Numbered from the stretch's first letter, positions 1 to 10,203 are shown. The stretch: 64,000 nucleotides of DNA from Thermomicrobiales bacterium (GCA_049841275.1 JASGDN010000059.1:10806-74805); one strand, 5' to 3'. Notes: generated from the letters alone by a model not told the origin. A program made the numbers and translations.

Positions 1-1420
1 TCAGGCCATCCGCCGCCGTCACCGCCTCCGCGAAATCGGCGTACGAGGTGGTGCCGGTCGTCGGCGTCGGCGGAAGGCCACGATACATCACTGGCACGGC
101 GCCCCACGGCAGCAGGCAGGCAACAAGCATCGCGACCCCCACCAACGCGAGAACGCCATCGGCGACCCACCGCGTGCCTGCGCGGCCCTGAGGGGCCAGC
201 ATGCCCATTGCACGGTCCACCAGCCACCAGACGGCCCACGCCGCCAGGTAGAGCGTCAGGAAGCGCTGGAAGGGCATCAGGCGCGGGGTTTCGAGCTGGG
301 CGATCACACTCTGATTCACCGAGAGGATACCCGTGACGAGCACGTAGCCGGTCAGCGCCAATGCGGTCATTCGCGCGGCCGGATATCGCCGGTCGCACAG
401 GGCAATGACGACGCCGGCAACCGCCAGGACCAGGACCGGCGGAGATACTGTGCGCGCGGAAGTCGTGAGATAGGCCTGGACGTTTTCGTAGGACTGGTAG
501 TGCAGGAAGATGTAGAGATCTTCGTACCGCACCAACGAAAGCAGGATCGGCATGCAGAGGAGGAGCGTGACCGCTCCCACCACGGCGATCCGTGCGAGGG
601 CCGTCCGCCACTCGCCGCGCATCATCCATACGATGCCGACGACGACGGCCATCACTCCGACAACGACACCGGCCAGCGAGCGCGGGTTGGCGTAGGTCGA
701 GAGCGTGATGGCTGCGATGGCCCCCAGCATCGCCCAGCGCCCGCCTCGCAGCACGACGCGCACGAGAAAGGCGACCCCAACCATGGCAAAGGTGGCGCCC
801 GCGACATTCGTGACGAGGCCCCACGTCACCAGTTCGGTGTAGCCCCCGCTCGTCCACTCCTGCAAACCGATGCCGCCGGGAATCGCGATCTGGCCCGCCA
901 GCGCGAGGACGGCGATCCCCGGCGTCAGGCGATCGGTCCGCGCCAGCACCCAGAAGCCGGCAACCGGCAGCAAGAAGATCAGGATCACCGCCAGCTTGTG
1001 CACGGCGAGGATGGGCAGCATCCCGAGAAAGAGACCCCAGATGCCCACCTCGATCCAGGCGACACCAAGCGGATAGAACTCCACTGGATAGCCACCCTGA
1101 TGACTGCCAATCCAGCGCAACACCTCGCCGTGCTTCAGCGTATCGAGCAGCAAGGCGGCGCGGGCCGCGTGGAAGGGATTGTCGATCGAGGAAAACGTAT
1201 TCGCCTGCGGCACCGTCCCGGCAGCGGTCGCGACGGTACGCTGGAGACCGAACGCCCCCAGTCGATGCGCCGTCCACAGGCACAACGCCGCCAGCACCGC
1301 GAGCCAGATCGCCACGGACCGCCGCGAAAGGGCATCGTCACGCGCGGCGGAGGATTCGGGGCTGTCGGAAACCGAGGTCAGGGAATCGGGAACGGAAGAC
1401 GGGACGGACGCAGAGGTCAC
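1..1420 (-). CDS. polytopic integral membrane protein, C-terminus cut by window edge (possible GT-C-like glycosyltransferase; function not established)
   Basis: Absent from the ORF track because it runs off the left edge. Hand translation of the minus strand is open from GTG at 1420 to position 1. Third codon positions are G/C-rich and there are many hydrophobic segments (e.g. LAVILIFLLPVAGFWVLA, AGQIAIPGGIGLQEWTSGGY). The GTG overlaps the TGA of the upstream gene (GTGA). The plus ORF 500..1564 is its antisense shadow. Confidence 0.55.
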   Translation of the reverse strand, partial: MTSASVPSSVPDSLTSVSDSPESSAARDDALSRRSVAIWLAVLAALCLWTAHRLGAFGLQRTVATAAGTVPQANTFSSIDNPFHAARAALLLDTLKHGEVLRWIGSHQGGYPVEFYPLGVAWIEVGIWGLFLGMLPILAVHKLAVILIFLLPVAGFWVLARTDRLTPGIAVLALAGQIAIPGGIGLQEWTSGGYTELVTWGLVTNVAGATFAMVGVAFLVRVVLRGGRWAMLGAIAAITLSTYANPRSLAGVVVGVMAVVVGIVWMMRGEWRTALARIAVVGAVTLLLCMPILLSLVRYEDLYIFLHYQSYENVQAYLTTSARTVSPPVLVLAVAGVVIALCDRRYPAARMTALALTGYVLVTGILSVNQSVIAQLETPRLMPFQRFLTLYLAAWAVWWLVDRAMGMLAPQGRAGTRWVADGVLALVGVAMLVACLLPWGAVPVMYRGLPPTPTTGTTSYADFAEAVTAADGL

Positions 1421-1815
1421 TCAGCCTGGCCTCCGCCCCGGCGAACGTCGGTAAGCATCAGCCAGATACACACCACCGAGCCAGCGACAATCACGGCCAG
1501 CGAACCGCCAAAGATGATCTTCATCGCCATCGGCCCGGCGAACTCCGGAAGGTGCTGGAGCTGATACCACCAGATGTGCGCGATGCGACGTGGCGAATTG
1601 TCCTGCACCCATGCTTGCTGGAATGCATCGAGCTTCCACATCCGGGCCGTGATCGACCCGAAGAAGAGATAGCCCAGAAAGCCGAGCACGATGACCGCCC
1701 ATACGAAGACGGCAGCAAGCAGTCCGCGCGACGATCCGGATACCGGTTCCTTGGACGAGGAGATCGGCTCGGGTTCGAGCGGGTTGGGCGAAGGGGAAAG
1801 AGGCGAGGAATCCAT
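1417..1815 (-). CDS. small membrane protein (two predicted TM helices), unknown function
   Basis: ORF 1417..1815 (132 aa). It has a Ser/Pro-rich N-terminus and then two hydrophobic stretches (LLAAVFVWAVIVLGFLGYLFFG; IIFGGSLAVIVAGSVVCIWLML). Codon bias looks coding, and a 4-nt overlap couples it to the downstream membrane protein. Confidence 0.5.
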   Translation of the reverse strand: MDSSPLSPSPNPLEPEPISSSKEPVSGSSRGLLAAVFVWAVIVLGFLGYLFFGSITARMWKLDAFQQAWVQDNSPRRIAHIWWYQLQHLPEFAGPMAMKIIFGGSLAVIVAGSVVCIWLMLTDVRRGGGQAE

Positions 1816-1919
1816 CCGGCGATCCTGACGGGTTCAGCGCGCGGAGGCGCAAGGACCGGGTTGCACGGAGAATCCGGAGCGGTGCTCGTTCGGGCACCGC
1901 TCCGGGATCGCAGTCGGGA

Positions 1920-3512
1920 TTAGGTCGCGCTCTCGGCGGCGACCTTCTTGATCTCGTGATACTCGTTGTCCGCGTTCACATCCTCGAGATCGTGGTGCTC
2001 GCCCAGCAGGTTCTTGGCGGCAAGCAGACCGGTCTCGATGGAGTGGTCGGTGTTGTTGTACCGGAACGACCCGCCACGGCCAATGTACTGCAGGTTCTCG
2101 ATGCCCTGGATGTAGGCCTTCATCTTGCCGAGCGGCGCCTTGTAGTTGAGGTCGTAGGTGGGATACGCCTTCGTGGCGCGCACCGTGAATCCACCGATGA
2201 CCTCTTCCGGCTCGACCAGGTGCATGTCCTCGACGAGGTGCTTCACGGTCTGGTTGACCAGCTGCTCGTCGGACATCTGCCAGATGTGGTCGCCCTTGGT
2301 GCAGAAGTACTCGACGACGAGCGAGGTGTACTCGTCGTTCGGCACCATCGCCGGGCTCCAGTTCTTCGGCTCGTGGAAGCGGCCGAAGAGGATGTTCTTG
2401 TCGTGAACGTAGACCCATGTATCGACCGAGATCTGCCGCTTCCTGAACATCACGTTGACGGTGATGATGTCGCGGAAGGTCAACGAGTCGGCTGCCTCGA
2501 TCACGTCCGCCGGAGCCGGAGGATCGGTGATCTTGCAGAGCACGGTGAGCGGGATCGAGGAGATGAAGTTGTCGCCCTCGATCACCTCGGACCCGTTTTC
2601 GGCGCGGACCTGGATGCCCTTCACACGATTGCCGTCGAGCAGGATCTTCTCGACCGGGGTCTTCAGGCGGATCTCGTTGCCGCTCTCCACGATCTTGTCG
2701 GCCATGCGCTCCGAGAAGCGACCAAAGCCGTCACGCGGATACATGAACTCGTCGATCAGGCTCACCACCGCGCCCTTGGACGGGATGACCGCGTCCTTCA
2801 CGGCGGTCATGAGCGACATGCCCTTGGTCCGCTGGCTCACCCAGTCAGCGCTGAGCTGGTCGCAGTCCATGCCCCACACCTTCTCCGAATAGGTCTCGAA
2901 GAAGAGCTTGTAGAGGGTTTCCCCGTACTGGAGCACGTAGGCGTCGCGCATGGATTTGATCTCATGCGGACTGATCTTCTGCTCGGCCTGGGCGCGCCCG
3001 TAGTCGGCGACCGCCCGCGCGGCCGTGATGGGACCGACAGCCTTGAGGGCGCTTCCCATCTTCAGCGGATAGTCGATCCACTTGCCATCGAAGCTGTAGA
3101 TGCGGCTCAGGCGGTTCACCCAGAGCAACTCGTCATCGACAACCTCCTTGAAGAGATTGTTCAGCTCGTCGTTCTTGGTGAACCAGCGGTGGCCGCCGAT
3201 GTCGAACTTGAACTCGCCGTGGTCCGTCTCACGCCGGATCGTGCGCGCGAGGCCGCCAACGAATGGCGCCGACTCGACGACCAACGCGGGCGCACCGGCC
3301 TTGCTCAGCACGTAGGCCGAGCACAGGCCCGCAGGTCCGGCGCCCATGATGACGGTGCGATTCCGGGCGCCGCCCTCATCCTGCGACAGCGTCGCCGTCG
3401 TGCTGCCGTTCGGGCTTTGTCCGTTCTGCATGTAAGCCGGTTCCTTCCTGAGCTGCATGGAGGCGACATCCAACGCGTCGTCGCCCCGGGATCCCTGGTC
3501 GTTGTCGTTCAC
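1920..3512 (-). CDS. FAD/NAD(P)-binding oxidoreductase (amine-oxidase / UDP-galactopyranose-mutase-like fold)
   Basis: ORF 1920..3512 (530 aa). It has the dinucleotide-binding motif VIMGAGPAGLCSAYVL...VVESAPFVGGLA and the block FDIGGHRWF. The start may be an internal Met (MQNGQ...). Confidence 0.8.
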   Translation of the reverse strand: MNDNDQGSRGDDALDVASMQLRKEPAYMQNGQSPNGSTTATLSQDEGGARNRTVIMGAGPAGLCSAYVLSKAGAPALVVESAPFVGGLARTIRRETDHGEFKFDIGGHRWFTKNDELNNLFKEVVDDELLWVNRLSRIYSFDGKWIDYPLKMGSALKAVGPITAARAVADYGRAQAEQKISPHEIKSMRDAYVLQYGETLYKLFFETYSEKVWGMDCDQLSADWVSQRTKGMSLMTAVKDAVIPSKGAVVSLIDEFMYPRDGFGRFSERMADKIVESGNEIRLKTPVEKILLDGNRVKGIQVRAENGSEVIEGDNFISSIPLTVLCKITDPPAPADVIEAADSLTFRDIITVNVMFRKRQISVDTWVYVHDKNILFGRFHEPKNWSPAMVPNDEYTSLVVEYFCTKGDHIWQMSDEQLVNQTVKHLVEDMHLVEPEEVIGGFTVRATKAYPTYDLNYKAPLGKMKAYIQGIENLQYIGRGGSFRYNNTDHSIETGLLAAKNLLGEHHDLEDVNADNEYHEIKKVAAESAT

Positions 3513-3646
3513 AGGCTACCGCACAACGCGTACCCGCGCCGTTGCGAAACGCATCCTGTATAACACATGCCTTCCACCCGATGATGAAGGGCACGCGCAT
3601 ATCCGGGATCCGCTTCGCCCTTCATCGAAGCTCCGCGGTCGGTGGA

Positions 3647-4072
3647 TCAGGCGCGCCAGGTAATCATGTTGTTGAGCGCGAAATTCCAGACAGCCGCCAC
3701 GCCTGCGCCGATCAGGTTCGCCAGCAGATAGTGCATGCCGAACTCGTGAACGAGGACGTAGAGCAGGCCGGTGTTGATGATCAGGCCGCCGAAATTGATC
3801 GGCACGTAGCTCATGGCCCGGTGAACCACCTTGCCAGAACCGCGATCGTGCCAGGTCCACATCTCATTGAGGAAGAACGTAACGACCATCGAAGCCATCA
3901 CGGCCACCGCCGAGGCGATCTCGATGTTCCACGCGAAGCCGCCATGGAAGACGGAGAGCAATCCCTGATTGACCCCCAGTCCCACAGCGCCGACGACGAT
4001 GAACTTCTGGAAACGCTGGGCGAGCGTCCAGACACGGACCGCAGCTGGCGGCCAGGACTCGACCGAGATCAT
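3647..4072 (-). CDS. GtrA-family membrane protein
   Basis: ORF 3647..4105. The layout is a typical four-TM GtrA one (FQKFIVVGAVGLGVNQGLL ... LANLIGAGVAAVWNFALNNMITW). The start is probably the internal ATG at 4072 (MISVE...). Confidence 0.8.
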   Translation of the reverse strand: MISVESWPPAAVRVWTLAQRFQKFIVVGAVGLGVNQGLLSVFHGGFAWNIEIASAVAVMASMVVTFFLNEMWTWHDRGSGKVVHRAMSYVPINFGGLIINTGLLYVLVHEFGMHYLLANLIGAGVAAVWNFALNNMITWRA

Positions 4073-4223
4073 GCAAACGCCCTTCCCTGCATCACGTCCT
4101 CGCACCTCTCATCCGCTCGGCGCATGCCTGCCCACACGTGCATGCTTCCACAGACCGTTCGTTCCCCGTACCCCACCATACGCCAGGACACCCGAACGCA
4201 CAATCGAAAGCGCGCCTGATAGC

Positions 4224-5564
4224 CTAGCTGGCGGCTGGCGTCGCAATCGATTCTCCATTCAGCAGCTTCAGCATGTCTTCGTGCGCGCTGACCAACTGGT
4301 TGTCCTCCAGCTTGGTGAACTGCGTGGATGTTACCTCGTCATTCTCGAAGTCCGTCGGCATAGAGACGTAAACACCCGGCTCGTTCTCGGACTTCACGTC
4401 CGGCACGACGCCCTTCTTGTAAATCTCCCGGCCATTCGCAGTCAGCCAGAGCTGCACGCCAAGCAGGGCCACCGACCCATCGCTGACCTGGAACGGCTGG
4501 AGAACCGTTCCGGTTCCGTATGTCGTCTCACCGATAAGTACGCCGCGTTGGGCGTCCTGGATCGCCGACGAGACCAACTCAGAGGACGATGCGGAGCCCT
4601 TGTTGATCAGGACAACCAGCGGCCCCTCCTGCCACTCGCCGTTGCTGCCAACGCTCTTGGTCGTCTTGGTGTTGCCGTCACGGTCCTTCTGCTGGAAGAG
4701 CGGCGTATTCGCCGGCAGGAACTGCGACGCGACGCCGATCGCCTCGAAGACGAGGCCGCCGGGGTTATTGCGCAGATCGAGGATCACGCCCTTGGCGCCG
4801 GCATCCTTGGCCTCGCGCAACGCGGCCTGGAGTTTCTCGGTCGCACCGCTCGTGAACTGGGAGAGGGAGACCCATGCGATGTCGTTCGGCAACATCGCCC
4901 AGGAAACCGGATCGATGGTAATGCGCTCGCGCGTGATCGTGACCTCAAACGGCTCGCTTTCGCCCTCATGCTGCAGCTTGATGGTCACCTTCGTGCCCTC
5001 GTCGCCGCGCAGCAGATCGCTCGCATCCGAGGGATCCATCCCTTCGAGGGATGTGCCGTCGATCGCGAGGATGGTGTCGCCAGGACGGATACCCGCCTTC
5101 TCGGCAGGAGACCCGTGAATCGGCGCGATCACCTTCGGCAATTCGCCCGTCGTGTCGACCTGGACGCCGATACCGACGAGCTCACCCTTGGACTCATCCT
5201 CGAACTGCTTTGCCGCTGCCGGATCGAGGAATGTGGAATGGCCGGTATCGCCCAGGGCAGTCACCATACCCGTGGCGGCGCCATAGACCAGCTCATCGTC
5301 GGTAATGTCGTCGGAGAGTACGTAGTTCTCGCGGATCAGCTGGTAGACCTGATCGAGCACCTGATTCTTGTCGGCATCCTGGAACGTCTCGGTCTGCTGT
5401 CCTGCCTGCGTACCCGCGATGAGATAGCGATCGATCCCGACACCCGCGCCGACCGCCAGGACCAGCATGGCCGCAGTAACCAGGATGCGCAGATGGGACA
5501 TCGCGGGAAAGAGCCGACGCGTTCGGGAAGGCGCGGCGGCCGCGCTCGGAGAATCGTCATTCAT
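4224..5564 (-). CDS. S41-family carboxy-terminal processing peptidase (N-terminal TM anchor, PDZ domain)
   Basis: ORF 4224..5564 (446 aa). A PDZ-like block (GIGVQVD...VIAPIHGSPAEKAGIRPGDTILAIDG) is followed by an S41 catalytic region (LVVLINKGSASSSELVSSAIQD, GETTYGTGTV). Confidence 0.9.
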   Translation of the reverse strand: MNDDSPSAAAAPSRTRRLFPAMSHLRILVTAAMLVLAVGAGVGIDRYLIAGTQAGQQTETFQDADKNQVLDQVYQLIRENYVLSDDITDDELVYGAATGMVTALGDTGHSTFLDPAAAKQFEDESKGELVGIGVQVDTTGELPKVIAPIHGSPAEKAGIRPGDTILAIDGTSLEGMDPSDASDLLRGDEGTKVTIKLQHEGESEPFEVTITRERITIDPVSWAMLPNDIAWVSLSQFTSGATEKLQAALREAKDAGAKGVILDLRNNPGGLVFEAIGVASQFLPANTPLFQQKDRDGNTKTTKSVGSNGEWQEGPLVVLINKGSASSSELVSSAIQDAQRGVLIGETTYGTGTVLQPFQVSDGSVALLGVQLWLTANGREIYKKGVVPDVKSENEPGVYVSMPTDFENDEVTSTQFTKLEDNQLVSAHEDMLKLLNGESIATPAAS

Positions 5565-5708
5565 AGGGTGCAGATCGCTCCAGTTTGTGTGGGACCGTAG
5601 CCCGCAATCCGAAGTACCATCCGGGAACGAAGCCCGCCGGAATTGCCGGCGGAGAAAGACGTATCGTGATCCGCATTGCGTGTCACAAAAGGAAGTTCGA
5701 GAACCGCC

Positions 5709-6470
5709 ATGCCCGTCTCACGTCCGGATGAATTGGTCGATCTTCGATTTCTGCTCGCCGGGAAGGAATACCTGGCGCGCGTCCGTCGAGGTTCCATTGT
5801 GCACGAGGCATTCCATCAAGGCCTGCCCGTGGAGTATACGGCAGGGCATCGCCTCACATTCCAGACGCCCGATGGGACTGAGATCTTCGCCGACAACTTC
5901 GTCGGCGACATCGTCGACACCTATGGCACCGCCGACATCGTGACCCAGGCCGAGCCCATCGCCGGCGCGCCCGGTCCCTGGAAGACCATCGGGTTCGACC
6001 ACCTCGCGATCACCGTTGCCGACCGGAACGATGCGCGAGACTTCTTCCGCGATGTCGTCGGCATGCAGGTGATGCGCGACGATCCGCACCTGACCGTGAT
6101 GGCGACCGGCCCCACCGCGATCTTCCTCTTCGACGCGGGCAAGGACGCCCCGCTTTCAACCGGCCGCCCCTCATCGATCCATCATCTCGGGTTCGTGGTG
6201 GACAACCTGGAGCATTGCTACGCCCATCTGCACGCAATGCGCGATCGATTCGCCAGCGATTTCGCGCTTCTGGAACGCGACGAGCGATGGAGCCTCTACG
6301 TCCACTACCGCAATGGCGACGTCACGTTCATGATCCAGTTCTCCGAGGTGAAGGAAGACGAACGCGGATTCCGCACACCGGAGCAGAAGGCCTTCGCCGA
6401 CTATCTTTACGACTATGCCAGTCGGCCGTATGGCGTCGTCTTCGATCAGGACGCCGAAGACGAAGGATAG
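5709..6470 (+). CDS. VOC (glyoxalase/bleomycin-resistance/dioxygenase) family protein with about 100-aa N-terminal extension
   Basis: ORF 5676..6470. The VOC core is GFDHLAITVADRNDARDFFRDVVGMQV...IHHLGFVV. The start is uncertain: TTG at 5676 or ATG at 5709. Confidence 0.7.
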   Translation: MPVSRPDELVDLRFLLAGKEYLARVRRGSIVHEAFHQGLPVEYTAGHRLTFQTPDGTEIFADNFVGDIVDTYGTADIVTQAEPIAGAPGPWKTIGFDHLAITVADRNDARDFFRDVVGMQVMRDDPHLTVMATGPTAIFLFDAGKDAPLSTGRPSSIHHLGFVVDNLEHCYAHLHAMRDRFASDFALLERDERWSLYVHYRNGDVTFMIQFSEVKEDERGFRTPEQKAFADYLYDYASRPYGVVFDQDAEDEG

Positions 6471-6496
6471 GTTCCTTCGGGAAGCTGGAAAATGCC

Positions 6497-6535
6497 GAGA
6501 GGGAGGCAAGCGTGCATTACGCTTGCCTCCCTCTC
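6497..6535. terminator. bidirectional hairpin between convergent VOC gene and ilvE
   Basis: Perfect 16-bp stem gagagggaggcaagcg / cgcttgcctccctctc with a 7-nt loop. Confidence 0.6.
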
Positions 6536-6556
6536 ATCACCGCCACATCTTGCCGT

Positions 6557-7507
6557 TCAGTCCGCCACCGGAACCGCGACCGGCACCTCATGCCGCCAAT
6601 GCGCGTATCTCGTCTCCCGGCCGCGCAGGACATCGATATAGAGCCGCTCCAGTGCCGAGGTGAGCGGACCGGCAACCTTGCCATCGCCAATCGGGTAACG
6701 ATCCAGCGAGACCACCGGCGTGATCTCCGCCGCCGTGCCACAGGTGAACGCCTCGTCGGCGACATAGAACTCGGTGCGATCGACCGGCCGCTCGACGACC
6801 TCGATTCCCAGCTCCTCGCGCGCCAGCGTCAGGAGGGCGTCCCGCGTGACACTTTCCAGGATGCCCTGCGTCACGTCCGGAGTGATGAGCTTGCCGTCCC
6901 GGATCAGCATCACGCAGGCTCCGGGCGCCTCGGCAATCTTGCCCTGGGCGTTCAGCAAGAGCGCGACATCGTACCCGTCCTGCTTGACCTCGTAGGTGGC
7001 GAGCTGGCCGTTGCGATAGTTGGAAATGTTCTTGATCCGCGGCGGCATCACCGTATCGGAAATGCGCTGCCAGGAGCTGACCTTGGCGTGCTGGACGTAT
7101 CCCGTACCGAGATGGCTCGGCATCGGATGCGTGTTCACCAGCATGGTCCCGCGCAGGTCCGAGATCGCGTTCCGCTTGCCCTCGGCCTCACCGTGATAGA
7201 TCAGCGGACGGATGTAGGTATCCTCGCGCACCTCGTTCACGACCAGCAAATCGTCAATGATCGCGGTGATGTCGGCTGGCGTCTGCTCAACCGGGAGACG
7301 CACCAGCCGGGCGGACGCATCGAGCCGCTTCAAATGCTCCGGCAGCCGGAACACGAACAGCTGCCCGGTCTCCTCGTTGGCGTAGGCGCGGATGCCCTCG
7401 AAGACAGCCCCGACCGCCGACCACGCGATATCGGTCACATGCACGGTGGCGTCCTCCCACCGCATGCGCTCGCCCTTCCACCAGATGTATGCCGGATGCT
7501 GTGCCAT
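6557..7507 (-). CDS. ilvE: branched-chain amino acid aminotransferase
   Basis: ORF 6557..7633. The conserved N-terminus begins at the internal ATG at 7507 (MAQHPAYIWWKGERMRWEDATVHV...). Class IV aminotransferase blocks follow (FEGIRAY, EVKQDGYDVALLL, GITPDVTQGILESVTR). Confidence 0.9.
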   Translation of the reverse strand: MAQHPAYIWWKGERMRWEDATVHVTDIAWSAVGAVFEGIRAYANEETGQLFVFRLPEHLKRLDASARLVRLPVEQTPADITAIIDDLLVVNEVREDTYIRPLIYHGEAEGKRNAISDLRGTMLVNTHPMPSHLGTGYVQHAKVSSWQRISDTVMPPRIKNISNYRNGQLATYEVKQDGYDVALLLNAQGKIAEAPGACVMLIRDGKLITPDVTQGILESVTRDALLTLAREELGIEVVERPVDRTEFYVADEAFTCGTAAEITPVVSLDRYPIGDGKVAGPLTSALERLYIDVLRGRETRYAHWRHEVPVAVPVAD

Positions 7508-7645
7508 TCGCCCTGTCCTTTCGCCAGATGACCCATCGTCCGGCGCAGTATGGCACGGCGTGAATCGGCACGGAACCCCCCACTCACGAGCCAGTGGAGC
7601 GTTCCGGGCCGGGTCATGCTGCGCGCGGCACAATCCCGGGCGAGC

Positions 7646-8677
7646 CTATTCGGGGAACGTGATCAACGCCAACGCCGCCGCACCGTAGACACCCGTATCG
7701 TGACCGAGCGACGAGTACGTCACCGTCACATCGTCGCGGAAGTCGGCGAAGCAATGCTGCGTCATGTACCGCTTCGCCGGCTCGATCAGCACGTCGCGGA
7801 TCGCGATCAGGCCACCGCCGAAGACGATCGCGCTCGGGTTCGTGAGATTCACGAACGCGCCCATCGCCGCACCGAGTGCGCGCGCCGCCCGGTCGAGAAT
7901 CAACGTCGCGGCGGGATCGCCCTGACGCGCGGCCTCGGCCACGATTCCGGCGTGAACCTCCTTGCCGCCCGCGAGGTTCATCATGAAGTCGCCATCGCGA
8001 GTCGTGCACACCGCTTCCGCTTCATGCTTGATCGCCCATCCGGCGGTGAATGCCTCCAGGCAGCCGACGCTCCCACAGGAGCAGCGCGGCCCATCGAGCG
8101 CGACCACGAAGTGCCCGACTTCCGCGCCGAGACCGCGGATGCCATCGACCAGCTTGCCGCTGCTGACGATGCCGCCGCCGACACCCGTGCCCAGTGCGAG
8201 ATAGACCAGATCCTGCTCGCCCTTGGCGCTGCCGAACTGCATCTCCCCCAACGTGCCGCAGTTCCCGTCATTCTGGAGCGCCACACGCCGGCCCGTGAGA
8301 TCGGCCAGCCAATCGACCAGCGGGACATTCCGCCATCCAGGAAGGTTCGGCGTATAAAGCACCGTACCAGTACGCGGATTGAGTGGCCCCGGCGACCCGA
8401 TGCCAACCGGAACGGCAGCGTCGATCCCCGTCTCGGCGGCAATACGCTGGATGAGCCCGGCAATCCGTTCCGCGACAGCGCGCGGCCCTTCCTCCGTATG
8501 GGCCAGATCGTCGACACGGCGGACCATGTCGCCGCCTTCGGTCACCAGCGCCACACGAATCCGGGTCGCACCGAGATCGACCGCGATCACCTTCCGTTCC
8601 GACACGTCTCCACCCACCCTTTTCATGAACGCCAATTGTCCGATACCCGCCGCCCATGCCCGGAATCCAGCAATCAT
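7646..8677 (-). CDS. ROK-family sugar kinase (glucokinase-like)
   Basis: ORF 7646..8797. It has IAVDLGATRIRVAL, LQNDGNCGTLGE, LGTGVGGGIV and the ROK zinc motif GHFVV...CSCGSVGCLEAF. The start is uncertain (8677 or 8626). Confidence 0.85.
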   Translation of the reverse strand: MIAGFRAWAAGIGQLAFMKRVGGDVSERKVIAVDLGATRIRVALVTEGGDMVRRVDDLAHTEEGPRAVAERIAGLIQRIAAETGIDAAVPVGIGSPGPLNPRTGTVLYTPNLPGWRNVPLVDWLADLTGRRVALQNDGNCGTLGEMQFGSAKGEQDLVYLALGTGVGGGIVSSGKLVDGIRGLGAEVGHFVVALDGPRCSCGSVGCLEAFTAGWAIKHEAEAVCTTRDGDFMMNLAGGKEVHAGIVAEAARQGDPAATLILDRAARALGAAMGAFVNLTNPSAIVFGGGLIAIRDVLIEPAKRYMTQHCFADFRDDVTVTYSSLGHDTGVYGAAALALITFPE

Positions 8678-8703
8678 CGTGAACCGGTCCGTCACGGTGA
8701 TCG

Positions 8704-10203
8704 CTACAGGATGAAGTTGCTCAGCTCCTCGTCGTCGACCACCTCGCCGACACGTTCGAGGACAAAGTCCTTGCCGATCTCGACGCTCTCCCCGCATCGG
8801 TCCGACGCGTCGAACGAAAGCTCCTCGATCACGCGCTCGAGGATCGTCTGCAGCCGCCGGGCGCCGATGTCCTCGCTCCGCTGGTTGACCTGGTTCGCCA
8901 GACGCGCAACTTCCCGCAGACCATCCTCACTGAACCGGAGCGTAAAGCCCTCCGTCCCGAGCAAGGCCTCATACTGCTTCGTCAGCGCATTCTGCGGTTC
9001 CGTCAGGATCGCGTAGAGATCGTCCTCGCTTAACGACTGCAACTCGACGCGAATCGGGAAACGTCCCTGCAACTCCGGAATGAGGTCCGACGGCCGCGCT
9101 TTGGAGAACGAGCCCGCCGCGATGAAGAGGACATGATCCGTGTGGATCGGACCGTACCGCGTCATCACCGCCGACCCCTCGACGATTGGCAAGAGATCGC
9201 GCTGCACGCCCTCGCCGGAGATGTCCGGTCCGGAGTCGCCATCGCCGGAGATCGTCTTGTCGATCTCGTCGATAAAGACCACCGCCGCATCCTCGACGCG
9301 CTTGATCGCGGTCTCCACGACCTGATCGAAATCGACCAGCCGCATTGCCTCCTGCTGCGCGAGGATACGACGCGCCTCCCGCACCGACACCCGCCGTCGC
9401 AGGCGGCGACGCGGTATCAGGCTGTCGAGCATGTCGTAGATCGACTCCTGCATCTCGTCGTACGGTGCACCCGATGCATAGTCGTAGCCACCGGCTTCGT
9501 CGTAGTTGATGCCCTCGTCCAGTTCGATTTCCACCGTCTCGTCGTCGATCTGCTCCGTGTTGAGCAGATCCATCAGCCGCTTCTGCTCGCGACGGCGGCG
9601 GCGCTCGAACATCTGGGCCTCGCGCCGCGCAACCGCCTCCGCATCCTCAGCGGCGTCCATGCCCTCCCGGCGCGACGAGTTGCGCGGAGGCCGCTGGGCC
9701 AACGCCTGCTCGGACATGATTTCCGCCAGGCGCTCGACGGCGGCGAGGCGCGCCTCCTCCCGCACCAGTTCCAGTCGCTGGCTGTGGATCATTGTGATGG
9801 CGATCTCGACCAGGTCACGCACGATCGACTCGACATCGCGGCCGACGTAACCGACTTCGGTGAACTTGGTCGCCTCGACCTTGATGAACGGCGCATCGAC
9901 GATCCGGGCGACGCGGCGCGCGATTTCCGTCTTGCCGACGCCAGTCGAACCGATCATGAGGATATTCTTCGGCTGCACTTCGCGACGCAGTTCTTCCGGC
10001 AGCTGCTGACGGCGGTAACGGTTCCGCAATGCCACCGCGACCGCGCGCTTGGCATCGTGCTGGCCGATGATATAGCGGTTCAATTCGTCCACGATCTCGC
10101 GCGGCGTAAGACTGTCGGCGGGACGATCCTCGACGACATCGTCTGCAGCGACACGAACCGGTTTGTCTTTGCCGGTCGATCGGCGGGCGGTATCGGCGAT
10201 CAT
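8704..10203 (-). CDS. hslU: ATP-dependent protease ATPase subunit HslU
   Basis: ORF 8704..10203 (499 aa). It has LTPREIVDELNRYIIGQHDAKRAVAVALRNRYRR and the Walker A motif MIGSTGVGKTEIARR. Confidence 0.95.
   Translation of the reverse strand: MIADTARRSTGKDKPVRVAADDVVEDRPADSLTPREIVDELNRYIIGQHDAKRAVAVALRNRYRRQQLPEELRREVQPKNILMIGSTGVGKTEIARRVARIVDAPFIKVEATKFTEVGYVGRDVESIVRDLVEIAITMIHSQRLELVREEARLAAVERLAEIMSEQALAQRPPRNSSRREGMDAAEDAEAVARREAQMFERRRRREQKRLMDLLNTEQIDDETVEIELDEGINYDEAGGYDYASGAPYDEMQESIYDMLDSLIPRRRLRRRVSVREARRILAQQEAMRLVDFDQVVETAIKRVEDAAVVFIDEIDKTISGDGDSGPDISGEGVQRDLLPIVEGSAVMTRYGPIHTDHVLFIAAGSFSKARPSDLIPELQGRFPIRVELQSLSEDDLYAILTEPQNALTKQYEALLGTEGFTLRFSEDGLREVARLANQVNQRSEDIGARRLQTILERVIEELSFDASDRCGESVEIGKDFVLERVGEVVDDEELSNFIL

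Noticed and set aside
500-1564. 354-aa plus-strand ORF, the longest listed ORF at the left end
   Set aside because: It has Arg/Asp/His/Gly-rich, low-hydrophobicity composition typical of an antisense shadow. The opposite strand encodes a GC3-rich polytopic membrane protein that runs off the window edge, which is why it is missing from the track.
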